Assembly (NCBI RefSeq): GCF_006345805.1
Contig: NC_042997.1
Coordinates: forward strand, 205,902,001-205,966,000
From: Octopus sinensis
Lineage: Eukaryota
Length of the DNA: 64,000 bases
Reading direction: 5' to 3'
Below are positions 11,242 to 24,510 of this stretch, one piece after another. The position numbers and the translations under genes are program-made. Each line of letters begins with the position of its first letter. The stretch's first letter is position 1. Under the pieces are notes generated by a model. That model ran no database searches, had not been told where the DNA came from, and worked only from the letters and a program-made list of their open reading frames with translations.

Positions 11242-11461
11242 CCCTTTCATTACCAACCTGGCTGAAACCTCTCTGGCTCTGTAGTACAAATGTCTTGTTT
11301 TCATAAGTTTTGAATTAAAATTTTCCACCAAACCTTAGTCACAGTTTATGTTCCTAACACTAGCTTAATGATAACTAAGTTATTTTACTAAATTCTTTGT
11401 TATACTTAAAGTAATTGAAAGAAACACAGAGCATCTCAAAATAAATACGGTAACAAAAGGG
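11242..11461. mobile_element. piggyBac-like MITE (220 bp), nested in a second piggyBac-like MITE starting at ~11103
   Basis: TIRs ccctttcattacc / ggtaacaaaaggg (11/13 match), CCC...GGG termini, TTAA on the right flank. Confidence 0.65.
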
Positions 11462-11841
11462 TTAAGCCATGTGATAATGGCATCGATTCAAAACAATGTG
11501 AATAGACAGGCATTACATTTGACCGAGTAATCCGAATCCACAAGTCATTCTGTAGACATTATGGTTGGAGGCATGTTGTAAGCAGTATTCTTCACTTGCA
11601 CGGATGTGCGTGAACCACTTGAAGAATTGGATGCAGGTGGATATTGGAGGTGTTAGGATGTTGTTTCAAATAACTAGGGGAAGGATTTTCATCTCTCCCT
11701 TAACTGTGAGAAAGAGAAATAATATGAGAGAGAGGGAGTGAAAAACAACTTTGAGTACAAATGATGTATTCAATGCCTTAACGATGTTTTTTCCTAATTA
11801 TTTTCTTTTCATTTTGCAGAGTAAAAATACCTGTTGAAATC

Positions 11842-11854
11842 ATGGCAGAGAAAG
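11842..11854 (+). CDS. PARP14: PARP14-like macro-PARP, first coding exon (exon 11820-11854; MAEK, phase-1 end)
   Basis: Acceptor ttttcttttcattttgcAG (11818-11819), Kozak-type aatcATGG, donor AAAG|GTATTT. Splices in frame to 28889. Confidence 0.65.
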
Positions 11855-11869
11855 GTATTTATTTATTTT

Positions 11870-12095
11870 TTACTCTTTACTCTTTTACTCTTTTACTTGT
11901 TTCAGTCATTTGACTGCAGCCATGCTGGAGCAGCGCCTTTAGTCAAGCAAATCGACCCCAGGACTTAGTCTTTGTAAGCCTAGTAGTTATTCTATCAGTC
12001 TCTTTGCTGAACTGCTAAGTTACGGGGATGTAAACACACCAACATCGGTTGTCAAGCGATGTTGGGGGGGGGGGACAAACACAGACATACATACA
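11870..12095 (+). mobile_element. SINE family D (strand given as read)
   Basis: (ctctttta)n...ttgtttcagtcatttgactgcagccatgctggagc...atcgaccccaggact...ctgctaagttacggggatgtaaac. Related copies at ~29140-29360 and 60060-60270. Confidence 0.75.
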
Positions 12096-12184
12096 TCATA
12101 TTTTTCTAAAATTTTCTCTTTGAGACATAAATTTTCAAAAATACTACTTGTGAAAATTTACAGAAATAAAACAATAAAACCTTT

Positions 12185-12385
12185 ACCCATCATCAGCATC
12201 ATTACCATTGTCAGCACATTCATTATCATCAGCTTCATCATTATAAAATTATCAACATCATCATCATCACTATGATAATCACCATCATCATCACCATCTT
12301 CATCTTCATCATCATCATCATCATCATCATGAGCATCATCATAATAAACATCATGGTCATGATGTCCATTATGATGATGCATAGA
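12185..12385. repeat. Degenerate (CAT)n microsatellite
   Basis: Direct reading. ORF 12158..12391 is an artefact. Confidence 0.9.
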
Positions 12386-12409
12386 CAGCAACTAGCCTGA
12401 AAGTATGTC

Positions 12410-12560
12410 CTTCACAGTCTTTCACGTCCAAAACCAGTGACTTACCTTCCGGATCCAGGAAGATCATCTGTATTGCAAGATCCAGATTTTTCTGAACCAT
12501 CACGGTAACTCCACCTCTCGCTCCCAGATGACTTCCCAAGATGCATACACCTGCTTAATA
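12410..12560 (-). mobile_element. Tx1/L1-like APE endonuclease fragment
   Basis: Reverse complement aligns by eye with 36100-36240 (gtgtatgcatct...aaaaatctggatcttg...ttcctggacctggaagataagtca). Confidence 0.7.
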
Positions 12561-13554
12561 CAAAGAAATTTCAAATTCCAAAATATCAACTTAAATTGAA
12601 AATAACTGAATTTGTGATGAATCCTAGAAATGCTGACTGCCATGGGTGAATGATATATTTTGAGAGACAAACTTTGAGGTACCAAATGAGGTGATATTTT
12701 TGCAGAAAATAAAACAAACCTGAATATAGAATTGCTGTGAAAACAGCTTAGCAGATGAGGTAAATACCCTTGAAAGACACACAGAAAGAAGAATGGCCTC
12801 ACAAGCCACTACAGAGAATCAAAGTGTGTACCTTTTTAATTTCAGTTAAGCTGTACCCTTAAGCAAACCCTGACATCATCTACCATCTTCTATAATGCTA
12901 AATATCTTAAAATTACAGAAATATTTTAATTCGTTAAAAATAATCACCTTTTGTTTTTGTCATTTGTTTTATTGCTAATATTTATTGACAATATTTTCAC
13001 TGTAACATTCCTATCATAGAGCACTTTCATTCTAACACAACTTTTGTATAATTCCCTTTTAAAATAATTCACATATTTTGATTTAAAGTCAATTTGGGGG
13101 GTTACTTAACATATTTTTGGTCATTTAAAGCCACACCACTGTTTTGTGGCTAATATCTTTTAATGAGTTCCTCACAAAAAATTCATCTCATTGAGCACAT
13201 TCTTTGAAAGTCAATTTCTTTAAAAATAATTCAAATATTTTGATTCAAAATCAATTTTTCACTTGACTTTCTCATTTTCACCTCAAATATTTTGACCTAA
13301 CTTTTTTTCTAATGAACGATGATGATGATGATGATGAAATTTCAATTATTTATATCCAAATGTAGATTTGGATGGACCATTATTACGAAAAAAAAACTGA
13401 ATGGAATTTGGTTTGGAACTGACTTAGCGATGGAGGCTAGAAGTTCTTATGAGTGATTCAAATTTGACCTTAAGAATATATTAACCACTATTATAGATTA
13501 ATCACATGTGTATCTGTCTATCTATCGATCTATCTATATAGATACAAATACATC

Positions 13555-13830
13555 ATCATCATCATTGTTGAATGTTCATTTTCTATGCTGTCATGGATTG
13601 GACGGTTTGACTGGGGATTGGCAAGCCAGGAGGCCATACCAGGTTCCAATCTCACCTGGCAAGGTTTCTACAGCTTTTTACATGCTTTTTACTTGTCACT
13701 GGCATAGGGAGCCAGTCAGGTGGCACTGACATTGATCCACACTTGAATGGTGCTTATTACGTGTCACTGGCACTGGGAACCAGTCAGGCAGCACTGACAT
13801 CAACCCACGGTTGAATGGTGCTTGAATGAT
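13555..13830 (-). mobile_element. SINE family B (RTE-type 3' tail)
   Basis: (cat)n-tgttgaatgttcattttctatgctgtcatggattggacggtttgac tail plus internal ggtgctt..acgtgtcactggcac repeats. Confidence 0.75.
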
Positions 13831-13939
13831 GAGCTTACTCTCTGCAACTCCCATCGCCTCTGCCTTCCATCCGATGTTTTGTGTCAACCCATGGGCTTGA
13901 ATGATGAGCTTGCTCTCTGCAACTCCCATCACCTCTGCC

Positions 13940-16160
13940 TTCTATTCAGTGTTTTTAAATCTGTCTAAACTGATAATCTGTTTCTTACCATGCATATCCA
14001 AAGTTATAGTTTTATCTTTAATTGACAAAACTTTAAAAGGTCCAGTGTATTTATAATTCAGTGAATGATGACTAGCATCATAACATATAAATACATGAGT
14101 CCAAGAATTGATATCAGAAGGGAGGAAACTTTTAATATTTTGTAATTTACTTGTAAAAGAAGGAACATCAGAATTTGCAAAAGTACCTAATGGTGCTTTA
14201 ATGTGATGATTCACTTTTGCTTCTTGGCACTGCATACACGATTGAACCCAAGAACGAATATCCTTATTCATGCTGGGCCAAACAAATTGACTCGATATTA
14301 ATTTTAATGAAGCTCCAATACCAGGATAAGATAAATTATGTAAGGTAGAAAAAACAACTTTTCTATGTCTTTCAGGCACAAATGGTCTAGAAATACCAGT
14401 AGAAATATCACACCTAACCCTAACCTTAACCCTCACCCTAACCCCACATATATAAAAAAATAAAAATTTTACGGAAAGTGACGATCTTCTTCAAATGTAA
14501 ACAAATACACGTACCACTGGAAGCTGTTCTTGAACTTGTTGCAAGCAACAGCAGTAATTGTATTCACCTCAAAAGACATCATTAATTGGTTGAAATTGCC
14601 GAAATACAAGAAATTAAACAAGAAATAGCTTACAAAATACAGAATTTTCTCAAGAAAGCCAAGAGAAAAAGATGTTTTATGCGACACATTCTACCAGCAT
14701 ACGAAGTTTAAAAGTGTTTAGTTACAAAGAAATTATTTTTAAAATCTGCCGGTCAAAGTGAAAAGATCCATTTTCAACACCCTTCATATACTGTATATCC
14801 ACAGTATACTGTGAAATATAATCAAGGTGTCTAATTTATTTGGGAGAATATTTTTCAGAAGAATTTTTTAGTGCATGTGTCAATGGTTTATGGTCAGTAA
14901 ATAATGTAAATGACCTACCTTCAAGAAGATGTCTGAAGTATTTAGTTAACAAGTAAGCTGCCAATAATTCTCAGCCGAAAACACTGTGTTTCGTTTCTGG
15001 TGCCTTGAATTTCTTTGAAAAGAATGATAATGGTGGCCAAGAACCACAATGAAACTGTTGTAAAACTCCACCGATTCCAACATCAACTACTAATGATAAT
15101 TTTGCTTCAGGAACCGGATGACTCAAAAGTGTTTCTTCACAAAGTTTTCCTTTTATGCAATGAAAGGCCTGTAATTCTTCACCTTTTAAAGCTATAGCTT
15201 CATTTTTCTTTTTCCTATTCTTTAATAATTCAGTTAGAGGAAATAGAATTTCTGTGCAATTGTGGAATGAAACGTCTCTAAAAATTAATGAGTCCTAAAA
15301 ATTCTCAATGCTTTTTGTAAAGAATTTGGTATTGGAAATTTGTTATTAGCTTCAACTTCGTCTGGCAGTGGGTGAATTCCAGCTTTATCAATGAGATGAC
15401 CTAAAAAAGATACAGTGCGTTCACTGAAAACACACTTTGATGGATTTATCACTATACCATATTTAGTCAGTCTTTCAAAAATATGTTTTAAGTGATTTTC
15501 ATGAACTTCTTCTGGCGGACTAGCAATGAGAATATCGTCTATATTAGCAAATACAAAAGGTAAATCTTTTGTTACTTTGTCAATGAATCTCTGAATCCTC
15601 AATCCAAAAGGCATACAAAATAATTCATACAAGTGAAACGGAGTTGTAATTGTAGTTTTTGGTATATCATTCTCTTCAACAAGAATTTGATTGTATGCTC
15701 TAACTAAATCTATTTTCAAAATGTTATTACAACCACTCAATGAAGCTGCAAAATCATGGATATGTGGAATAGAATAGTTATCTTGTAGTGTTTTTGCATT
15801 AAGCTGTCTAAAATCTCTGCATGGATGCCAGTCTGTGAGATTTTTTTTTACCAAAACTAAAAGTGTAGACCAAGTACTGCTAGAAGGCTGAATTATTCTG
15901 AGGTCTAACATGTGACAAAATGTGGCCTTAGCAATCTTTAATTTCTCTTGATATAGTCTACAAGGTTTGGAAAAACTTGGTGGTCCATGGGTCACAATGT
16001 GATGACTGACTGAATGAACACATTTGGTGTTTAGAGCTAATGGTTTTGTAAATTCAGGGTAATTCTTCAAAATCCTGTAATAATGATTTTTGGAGTATGC
16101 CATAAAATATAACAGACTAATTGTCGCATTCCCGCATCTCATGCCTTGAATGTTCCTCAA
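13940..16160 (-). mobile_element. Degraded Gypsy (CsRn1-like) LTR retrotransposon pol: RT, RNase H and integrase pieces
   Basis: RT ORF 15285..16160 (DFRQLNAKT..D.YSIPHI, KIDLVRAYNQI, NIDDILIAS, SFLGH). RNase H at ~14870-15250 (LSFFSKK..ELLAAY..FTDHKPL). Integrase zinc finger in 13942..14436 (LHNLSYPGI..FVWPSMNKDIRSWVQSCMQCQ). Confidence 0.9.
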
Positions 16161-16989
16161 TTTATAATGGTGATTATTCTCCAGGGTAGAATTTGGAATC
16201 CATGTCAGTTGGTCACCAATTTATAACAGCATGGGTATTGAGAAAAATGATGAGTGGCAATTTATAACAGTGGGAAATAACCTATAACCGTTAGATAATT
16301 TAATCTGTTTATAATATGTTCGACTTCAAAATATAATAAATATAAATATTTATTTAGCAGGAATCTGTGGTGATAAATCTGTCACTTATAACTTAATTAT
16401 AAGTATTTTATCACCATACATAAATTCTAGCTTAGACTATCTAAACACTGTGGTGAGTTATACACACCAGGTCGCTGAATGTACATGTTGAATATAAGAA
16501 AGCTCACTCTTTTTCACCGCTATAATAACAGTTTCAATAGTTGCAGAAATAAATTTCATCAACAGGTTGAAGAAAATGAAGAAAAAGAAATTATTTACTA
16601 AATCAATTAATTTACATACATTTAATATTTACAATATATTTTTATAAGAGAAGTCAAAAGAAAACTGTTGTAGAGAGTTTATGACATGAAGATTGAATTA
16701 TCTAATTCTTTCATTACTAAACTAGAAAGACTTTTAAACAACAATTCAAAATAGTTGAATTAGACAAGACTTGGCATGACAATGACCAATATCTCAAGAA
16801 AGTGTCATGGAATCAAGTAGAAGACCAATAAATACTGATATATTTCCCCAAAATCAAGGTTTTTATAACTGCTAATATCTGAATTCTAAGAATTGTATTT
16901 CATGAAAGATTTCTCTTTGGCAAAAGTTAGAATTCAAATATGGGTAGTAATTTTAACCAATGGGAAACTAATAATTATAGCTATTTAGT

Positions 16990-19283
16990 CAACATGATCA
17001 TGACGTCATATCACCACTGATAAAGGTTTATTAAGACTTGCTGCACCAAAAACAAAAGAAACTACTAACCCCGCAAAATACCAACCCATACCATGCCTCA
17101 CCACCATATATAAACTGTTAACATCTATGATAGTGAATAGAGTATATGAATTCTTGGAAGTTACTCCCAGTGGCACAACAAAAGGGATGTAAAAGGAGTT
17201 CATATGGATGTAAGGACCAATTAATGATTGATAAAATGGTCATTGAAAATTGCAAATCCAAATGCAGAAACCTTAGCACCACTTGGATAGATTGCAAGAA
17301 GGCTTGTGACAGTGTCCCCCATGCATGAATCATCAAGGCCCTGGAAGTTTACAAGACAGCTCCAACAATTGTGAACTTTTTAAAATAATCATGAATTTGT
17401 GGAGAACCAGCTTCATTTTAAACCAAATACAAGGATATACCACCTCACCAGACATCAATATCACCTGTGGTATCTTTCACCATTACTCTTCTGCCTCGCT
17501 CTGTTCCCTTTATCCACACAAGTGAATAATGCTAAGAGAGGATGTAAGATGTTTGACCAGAAAATTAATCAGCAGCTCTATATGGATGATCTAAAACTGC
17601 CAAAAACAACAAAGAATTAGAAGAGCTCCTGAATATTGTCAAGGAATTCAGCTCTGATATAGGCATGGAATTCGGACTTGATAAATGTGCCAAGGCTACT
17701 TTCAAGGCAGGGAAGTTCATAAGGGCAGAAAACATAGAACTTGATATTACCAGTGCTATTTGAAACCTAGACCAAACTGAAGTATACAAATATCTGGGAA
17801 CCAATGAAGGTGATGGTATCCAGCACTCTAAAATAAAAGAGAAAATCTGCAAGGAATACTACCAAAGGGTAAGAATGGTCCTAAACTCAGAATTAAATGC
17901 TGCTAAAGGAATTAATGCAATCAATTCTTTGGCCCTACCAGTAACCACATATAGCTTTGATATCATTAAGTGGAATCTCACTGACATACAGAATATGGAT
18001 GGAAAGACCAGTAAAATCATTACAAGGTACCGAATGCACCATCCAAAATCAGATGTAGACAGGATTTATCTCCCAAGAAAAATAGGCAGAAGAGGCCTGA
18101 TACAGCTTGAGCTATCCTTCAAATCAGCAATAATAGGCCTTGAAATGAACCTTAATACAACAAGTGATGTGCTCTCATGAACTTCACTGAAGCATGAAGA
18201 TTCCAAGCAAGCTTCGGTCATGAATCTTAGTCAAGAATAAAAAAAAAGTCTCTTGACCTACAAGCTAACAATAAGAATGACCAAAGACACCCAACTACTG
18301 ACAGACCTACCATTGCTTCTCCTGATTTAGAAATTAACAATCAGAAAGAGCAAAGAGATCCAAATGGTGACAAACCTATCACTGATGCAAAAGACATCAA
18401 ACAAAAAGCAAAGAAGGCTTGCATGAATAACATGGAAGACAACTGGAAGGGTAAACTCCTGCCTGGAAAATACCCTCACCGCCTGTCCAAGCCAGATATT
18501 GATCAAAATCTAACACGCCAATGGCTGCAAGGGACAGGTCTGAAAGGGGGAAACAGAAGGTTTTGCTATTGCAGAGCAAGATCAGAGCTTATCTACCAAG
18601 CAAATGTCCTTAAAGATGGATTTGGAGGAAATTCACAGAGACAATTGATCATGCTGTTTCTGGCTGCTCAGTCCTCGGTGAAAAGGAGAACCCAATAAAA
18701 CATGACAAACTAGGTCAGTACATGCACCGGATTGCTTCTAAAATACCTACAAAATTAAATCCCATGATAAGTTGTACAAGCACCATCCAGAGGATGTAGT
18801 AAATGGCAAAGGCATCACCATTCTCTGGAACTTCCCAATACAAACAGACAGAAAAATTGACTCCAATCAACCAGACACTGTGATCAAGGACAACAACAGA
18901 GGAACTTGTCTGTCTTAATAGATATGTCTGTCCCACAAGATCAAAATGTCTCAAGAAAGGAATGCGAAAAGCTTTCTCACTGTAAAGATCTGCAAATTGA
19001 AATCACAAAAATGTGGAAGCTTAGCTCTACGATAATACCAGTAGTATTTGGTGCCTTGGGAATGATAAAGAAGGGAGCTGAGAATTATATAAAGTAACTC
19101 CTTTGTAACTCCAATCTCTGTGAACTATAAAAGATTACTTTCATGGGTACAGCCCATACACTACAGAAAGCACTCTCCATCTAAAATGCACAGCAAAACA
19201 AAATTGCCCTTGCTACTCTTGGTCTCTGGAGGATGCCCGGTACCAAGGCAGCTGAAATAAAGTATTCATGAAAAGAAACTATA

Positions 19284-19325
<42 letters not shown>
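16990..19325 (+). mobile_element. R4/Dong-clade non-LTR retrotransposon (RT plus restriction-like endonuclease), 5' truncated, ending in (TAA)n
   Basis: YQPIPCLTTIYKLLT, GCKDQLMID, WIDCKKACDSVPH, LYMDDLKL, HPKSDVDRIYLPRK, QPDTVIKD..LIDMSVP..EKLSHCKDLQIEITKMW..IIPVVFGALG. 3' end joins (TAA)n at 19284-19325. Confidence 0.85.
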
Positions 19326-19327
<2 letters not shown>

Positions 19328-19454
19328 AAAGAAGAAGAAGATGACTACAACGACCAGCTATTGACAGCAGTTGGACATGTTCTTCACTGCTCTGACCAGT
19401 CAGCAGCCAGAGGCACAGAAACACTAATACAAAGCAGCAAGACAACTGAAAAAT

Positions 19455-19770
19455 AACCCTGAAAAAGGGGCTGATTGCTCCCTAGCTCAGATACCAGGAA
19501 ACACCAAAATGGTAGAAATTCAAAAGATAGTGCTCATGGGAACTGCCCATACCCTACATAAAATACTGTCTAAGTAATCTCAAATTTTAAAACAAATTCA
19601 TAATTTTCTTATGTTTTCTTAAACATTCTCTAGAACAATACTATGTGCAAAACCAAATATATGATACCCTAGGTATAACACCAACATGAACTTCTAACTT
19701 GTTGTCTCTTGAGGTCTCTGTGTGAGACTTGGAGCCAACTTGTACAAATACAAAGCAAAAGTCAAACATA

Positions 19771-19818
<48 letters not shown>

Positions 19819-19821
19819 TAA
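19455..19821 (+). mobile_element. Second R4/Dong-type 3' end, also ending in (TAA)n
   Basis: EIQKIVLMGTAHTLHKILSK* then 3' UTR and (TAA)n at 19772-19821. Confidence 0.7.
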
Positions 19822-20554
19822 TGGAAGAGTGTCAGCTATTGACAGCACCTGGATGTGTTCTTCCCTGCTCTGACCATTCAGCAGCTGAAGACACAGAAAC
19901 AACCCAGCAGGACAACTGAAAAAATAACTCTCAAAGACTGGAATATCTACAATTTCCTGCAAGTATTTTAAATTTCTCTCAAAATAAGAAGCTTACATAC
20001 CTACAGTTTTCGAACACACAAACGATCAGCTTTAAAAACTTTAACATCTACAACTTCTGTGAATACCCATCCTTTCCTTTCTCCCTGAGTATTCGAAAAT
20101 GTAAACATCCTCTTTATTCTAAGAACACTACAGTTTTCTCTGTTCAGACATACAAACAATCGTCTCTAGTAAATTTTAAAACCTACAATTTTCTTTGAAA
20201 ATTTTACCCTCCTTTTCTTTCCTTTCTTTTCTCCCTGAGTATTCAAAAATGTAAACATACTCTATAGCTTTCTATGGTTAGATGTATAAACAATCATCTT
20301 TAGAAAATTCATAACTTTAATATCTACAATTTTCTGTGAGAATTTTACCTCTCTTTTCCTCACTGCTTGAATCTGTAAACATACTTTTTATTGCAACAAT
20401 AGAAATGCACGATAAAAATTATGGAGGAAGCACCTGCCAATATATACAAACGACACAATTGTGAAAACTGCAAATCAAAAAGAGAAGAAAAATTTTTTTG
20501 AATTAACAAAAAAGTTCAGAAATTCAAATATTCAATGATGTGAACGTCGGTATA

Positions 20555-20948
20555 TCTCTCTATATATATGAAGCTGAAGTTGTCTGTGTGTGGCAGGTTT
20601 GGTAGCCTTCAACTAACACTATCTCCTCCGAGACCCTGCAGCACAAGTTGACCAAAATTGAGAGTATGGTAGAAGAAGGCTTGCTCTTCCTTCAGTAGAA
20701 GAAAAAAATTCAAATCGGACCATGTTAACACCAAAAATTATTTACATAAAAAAGGTGCTTTTTTTCTATGAAAATCCCTATTTTATACGATTTTTTGACT
20801 GCTGTGTCGCCATTTTTCAGTGTATTTCAACCAGAAAAATGTTCACTTAAAGAGAATAACAAGCTACATAATGCAAAATTTTAATTTTCAAAAATTCCAA
20901 TTCTAAAGGGTTGAAACAAACCCGAGCAACGTCGGGCGATACTGCTAG
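20555..20948 (+). mobile_element. Non-autonomous Helitron (394 bp)
   Basis: 5' A|TC, subterminal hairpin cccga-gcaacg-tcggg (20921-20936), 3' CTAG|T. Inserted between A and T with no TSD. Confidence 0.75.
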
Positions 20949-21399
20949 TATATATATAATTTTTTCCCTATCAGTAATTAAAATAATAACAAGGTGAACT
21001 GATTCCTTTCAAGTTCAAGGTCAGCACTCTCCATTGCAAGTAGTAGTAAACACATTTGACCTCTACTGACCCCAAGGGTGTGAAGCTTCTTTTGTCTCCT
21101 GATCATACAGGAATGTGAAAGCCCATTGTTGACCGTCTTACCATCTGCTGATCCTATTTACAGATCTGTAGAATTTGGTCTGTCTTCCTCAACCTTTACA
21201 TATTTATGATTATCTCAAGTACAAGACAAAAGTCGAAACCAAACAACATTTAATAATACCACACTGTAGTAGGAGCAAAGATGGTAGTTTTAAATAAATA
21301 ACAGTTATACTGTCACCATGGCTACAAAGGTTAACCACAACCATACAGATCAAGGCAGTATTGGTGGTAACTAACGATGAGCAAAGCTGTAAAAGCAAG

Positions 21400-22400
21400 G
21401 TTAAAGTAACTAATGGCATTAATGACATTAGTGGCAGAGACAACAACCGGCTCTACATCTGCCACAATACAGCACTCAATACTAATAATTTTAGTGTAGC
21501 ACTGATATGTCTCACAAAACACAAAGGAAAACTAAAACAATACACCAAATCGCTTGTCCTATGGTCAATCTAGAAGCACTTCCCCCCAGGAGAGAGCCAG
21601 CCTGGGGTCGAAAAGTCATCCACTGGCACAAACTCTTCTCTGAATATAAACCTGGATGGTCACTTGAATGGGAACTGCCCCAACTCAAGCCCTCCAAGTC
21701 CACCACCACAGACAGAATGGACCCAAGAAGAGTATACAGAAGTAATGTATGCCTCGTATTATGCATTAGGCTGATCATCTGAAATGAAACACACCACATG
21801 CTCTTATCAAATATGGAGAACACGAAATCAAGACAACAGACTATATTTGGAGGAAAACAAGTTAGCAAATGTTAGGAGGGATATCTTCAGAAATAAAAGA
21901 CTCACAGATAGTGAAATAACCACAATCAAGTGAGCAGCAGAAAAAAGACTTAAATATAAGACAACAAGGAAATGAAGAACCAGACGAAGAGAGCAACTCT
22001 ACACGAGTCTCCATTAGAAGACTGCCATCTGACCAGAATACGCAAACGTCTGGAGAAATAAATTGTAATGAACCTGAGAAAGATAACAAGGTAAGTGGTA
22101 AAGAAACAGTGTTTGAAGACTGCACCTTTACTGAAGAACATAGAGAGTCTATGATAGAACTGAAGCAGAAAATCTTGAATAACCTTGCAGTTGCAAGGCA
22201 CAACAATATGCATGATAGAGAACCCCTTCATAAATTCTCAAATGTAATCCAAAATAGAAAACAAATTAAAATTGGAAACTATGTAACAAAGGAAATTATA
22301 CAAGAACTAAAACCAGATCTCACTGAATTAAATGAAATGATTTATGCAGCTGCTAAGACAATTGAAACCAGTCGTATGCCTCTGAAAAAATATGTTGTCA
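21400..22400 (+). mobile_element. R4/Dong-type element 5' ORF fragment
   Basis: EWTQEEYTEVMYASYYALG...ENKLANVRRDIFRNKRLTDSEITTIK and TELNEMIYAAA resemble R4/Dong ORF N-termini. Confidence 0.6.
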
Positions 22401-23620
22401 TAGGTATGACTCCTTAATGTATCACCTAATTGACTATATGGAAGACTAGACTACACTGCCAAGTATTTTAAGCATCTCTGCAGTGATTCCTGATGGGCCA
22501 GGGGCTTTCCCAGCCTTCATACCCTTAATTGCTTTATCTACCAAGGTTTTTTTTTAATTCAGATAGCTAATCCCTCTGTTGGGTCGACATTTGGCAGACT
22601 CTCTTTCTCCCATTCATTCTCTTCATTTAGCAACCTTACAGAGTGGTGTCTCCAAGTCTCCTTCCTTGCAACCTCATTAAATGCAAATGAGCCATCATCG
22701 ATGCAGACACATTTCTCTCCTGTGACATCATGATTCTCTCTCACACACTGTCTTGCAACACGAAATACTTCAAGTCTTTGGTCTTCATGACACAGGACAT
22801 TGGCAAATTTCTTCTTATCAGCTTCTCCTCTGGCTAAATAAACCTGTCTCCTGGCTTCCCTTCTGGCAATCTGATAGAATTCCCTGCTGCCACTGTTCTT
22901 CCAGTCCTCCTATGCCTGTTTCTTTTCATTAATGGCCCTGTCAACTACATTGTTCCAACACCATGTTACCTTGGGTTGAGAGGGGACTTTGCACCATCCA
23001 CAGATCTGGTCAGTAGCCCTCAGCAGGTTGTCCCATAGAAACTTGCAGTTGTCTTCCACATCATGCGATGCTATATGCTCCCCTATTTTGTCAAAAGTTT
23101 CAAGTAATATGTCTCTAAATCTCTGTCCATTTGCAGGATCATTAAGCTTCCAGACCCTGCTTTTCTATACTGGTCATCTTCTGGGCATCCATTTAACCCT
23201 GATCCTAAAGTCAATAACTACTAACCTATGTTGTGCTGGTGTATTCTTCACCTAGGATGGTTTTGGCATTTATAAGTTGCCATCTTTCCTGTTTCTTGGC
23301 AAGGATGTAGTCAATCTGATTAGTGCGTCCACCAAACCAGTGGGTGAATTTGTGACTGGCAGGTTTTCTGAAATTAGTATTACAGACCATAAGATCATTT
23401 GCATCACAGAACTCCAGTATCCTTGTTCCCTCCTCATTGCAGGAACCAAATCCATGTACACCATGGAAGCCCTTGCACGTTGTCCAACATGCCCATTGAA
23501 GTTGCCAGCCACAAAGAGAAGGTCCCTTTCATTCATCAACGAGATAGTCTGCAAGAGGGTGTCATGAAATCGGTCATTCTGTTCATCAGGTAGCCCTGGC
23601 TGAGGGGCATAAGCTGAGAT
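22400..23620 (-). mobile_element. RTE-clade LINE fragment (APE endonuclease and linker)
   Basis: SAYAPQPGLPDEQNDRF..LFVAGNFNGHVG. Near-identical by eye to 39450-40430. Confidence 0.9.
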
Positions 23621-23789
23621 AATCTGATAAGATATATATCTGACAAACAGCTTCAAGGAGAAAACTTTGATCTCCAATCCTCCAAAGGAGCAATTGCTGC
23701 TTTTCTGAGGAAAGTACAGCTCTAGGAAATAAATATTGTATGCTGTGTATTATTAGAATTTCCCTGTTTGGAATCAATTAACAGTAATC

Positions 23790-24240
23790 TGCACGATGAT
23801 GACCTTGTTTACTGAACATTTGAAAAGCTTGCATAATGATATCAAGGTCAGTTTAATGACCTGCTGCAGTTAAATATACCACGTTGGGTGACATTTCATG
23901 TTGCTGGTGTAGATATCTGTTTGCAGGAGAATCTCATTGAATTGCAGAACGATGAAATATTTCAAGCAAGATTTAAAGATGGAGAACGTAATGTATGGTA
24001 AAAAAAATGACACTGCTACAAAGTATCCATTATTCTGGTGGGGGAGTGCAGTTGTACTTTACTGCTTTTCCTTTATCTTACCTTGTTGAATCTGGTTTCA
24101 GCCATGTCGCTAATTTACTGTGAACAGCTCATAATTGAATCGACATTGTAGAAAAAGGTGATCTTCAATTATCATTGACAACACAAGAGCAGAACAATTT
24201 AAAACTAGCAAAGCAGCACCAACCACCAGACTTGCATTAA
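23790..24240 (+). mobile_element. hAT (Charlie/Buster-like) transposase C-terminal fragment
   Basis: FNDLLQLNIPRWV, LIELQNDEIFQARFK, KYPLFW, SYLVESGFSHV, KGDLQLSLT. Confidence 0.7.
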
Positions 24241-24284
24241 AGAAATTAACACTAAAGTACTACCTTATATTAAAAAGCAGCATT

Positions 24285-24510
24285 CGAGCATGGTCGATGC
24301 CAGTGCTGCTTGTCCAGCCCCCATGCTTGTGGCCTGTAAAAAGCACCCACTGCACTCTCAGAGTGGTTGGCATCAGGAAGGGCATCCAGCTGGAGAAACT
24401 CTGCCTGGCAAGATTGGAGCCTGGTGCAGTCATCTGGCTCGCCAGTCCTCAGTCAAACCGTCCAACCCATGACAGCATGGAAAGCGGACATTAAATGATG
24501 ATGATGATAT
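24285..24510 (+). mobile_element. SINE family B (RTE-type tail)
   Basis: aaaaagcacccactgcactctcagagtggttggcatcaggaagggcatccagc...ccaacccatgacagcatggaaagcggacattaaatgatgatgat. Confidence 0.8.

Noticed and set aside
13820-13942. 48-bp direct repeat with 75-bp period
   Set aside because: Local duplication at a SINE/Gypsy junction with no evidence of function.
16205-16535. TGGTGACC PBS-like motif (minus strand, ~16211-16218) and a possible 5' LTR for the 13940-16160 Gypsy
   Set aside because: Only 8 nt match, it is not preceded by a CA terminus, and no matching second LTR was found.
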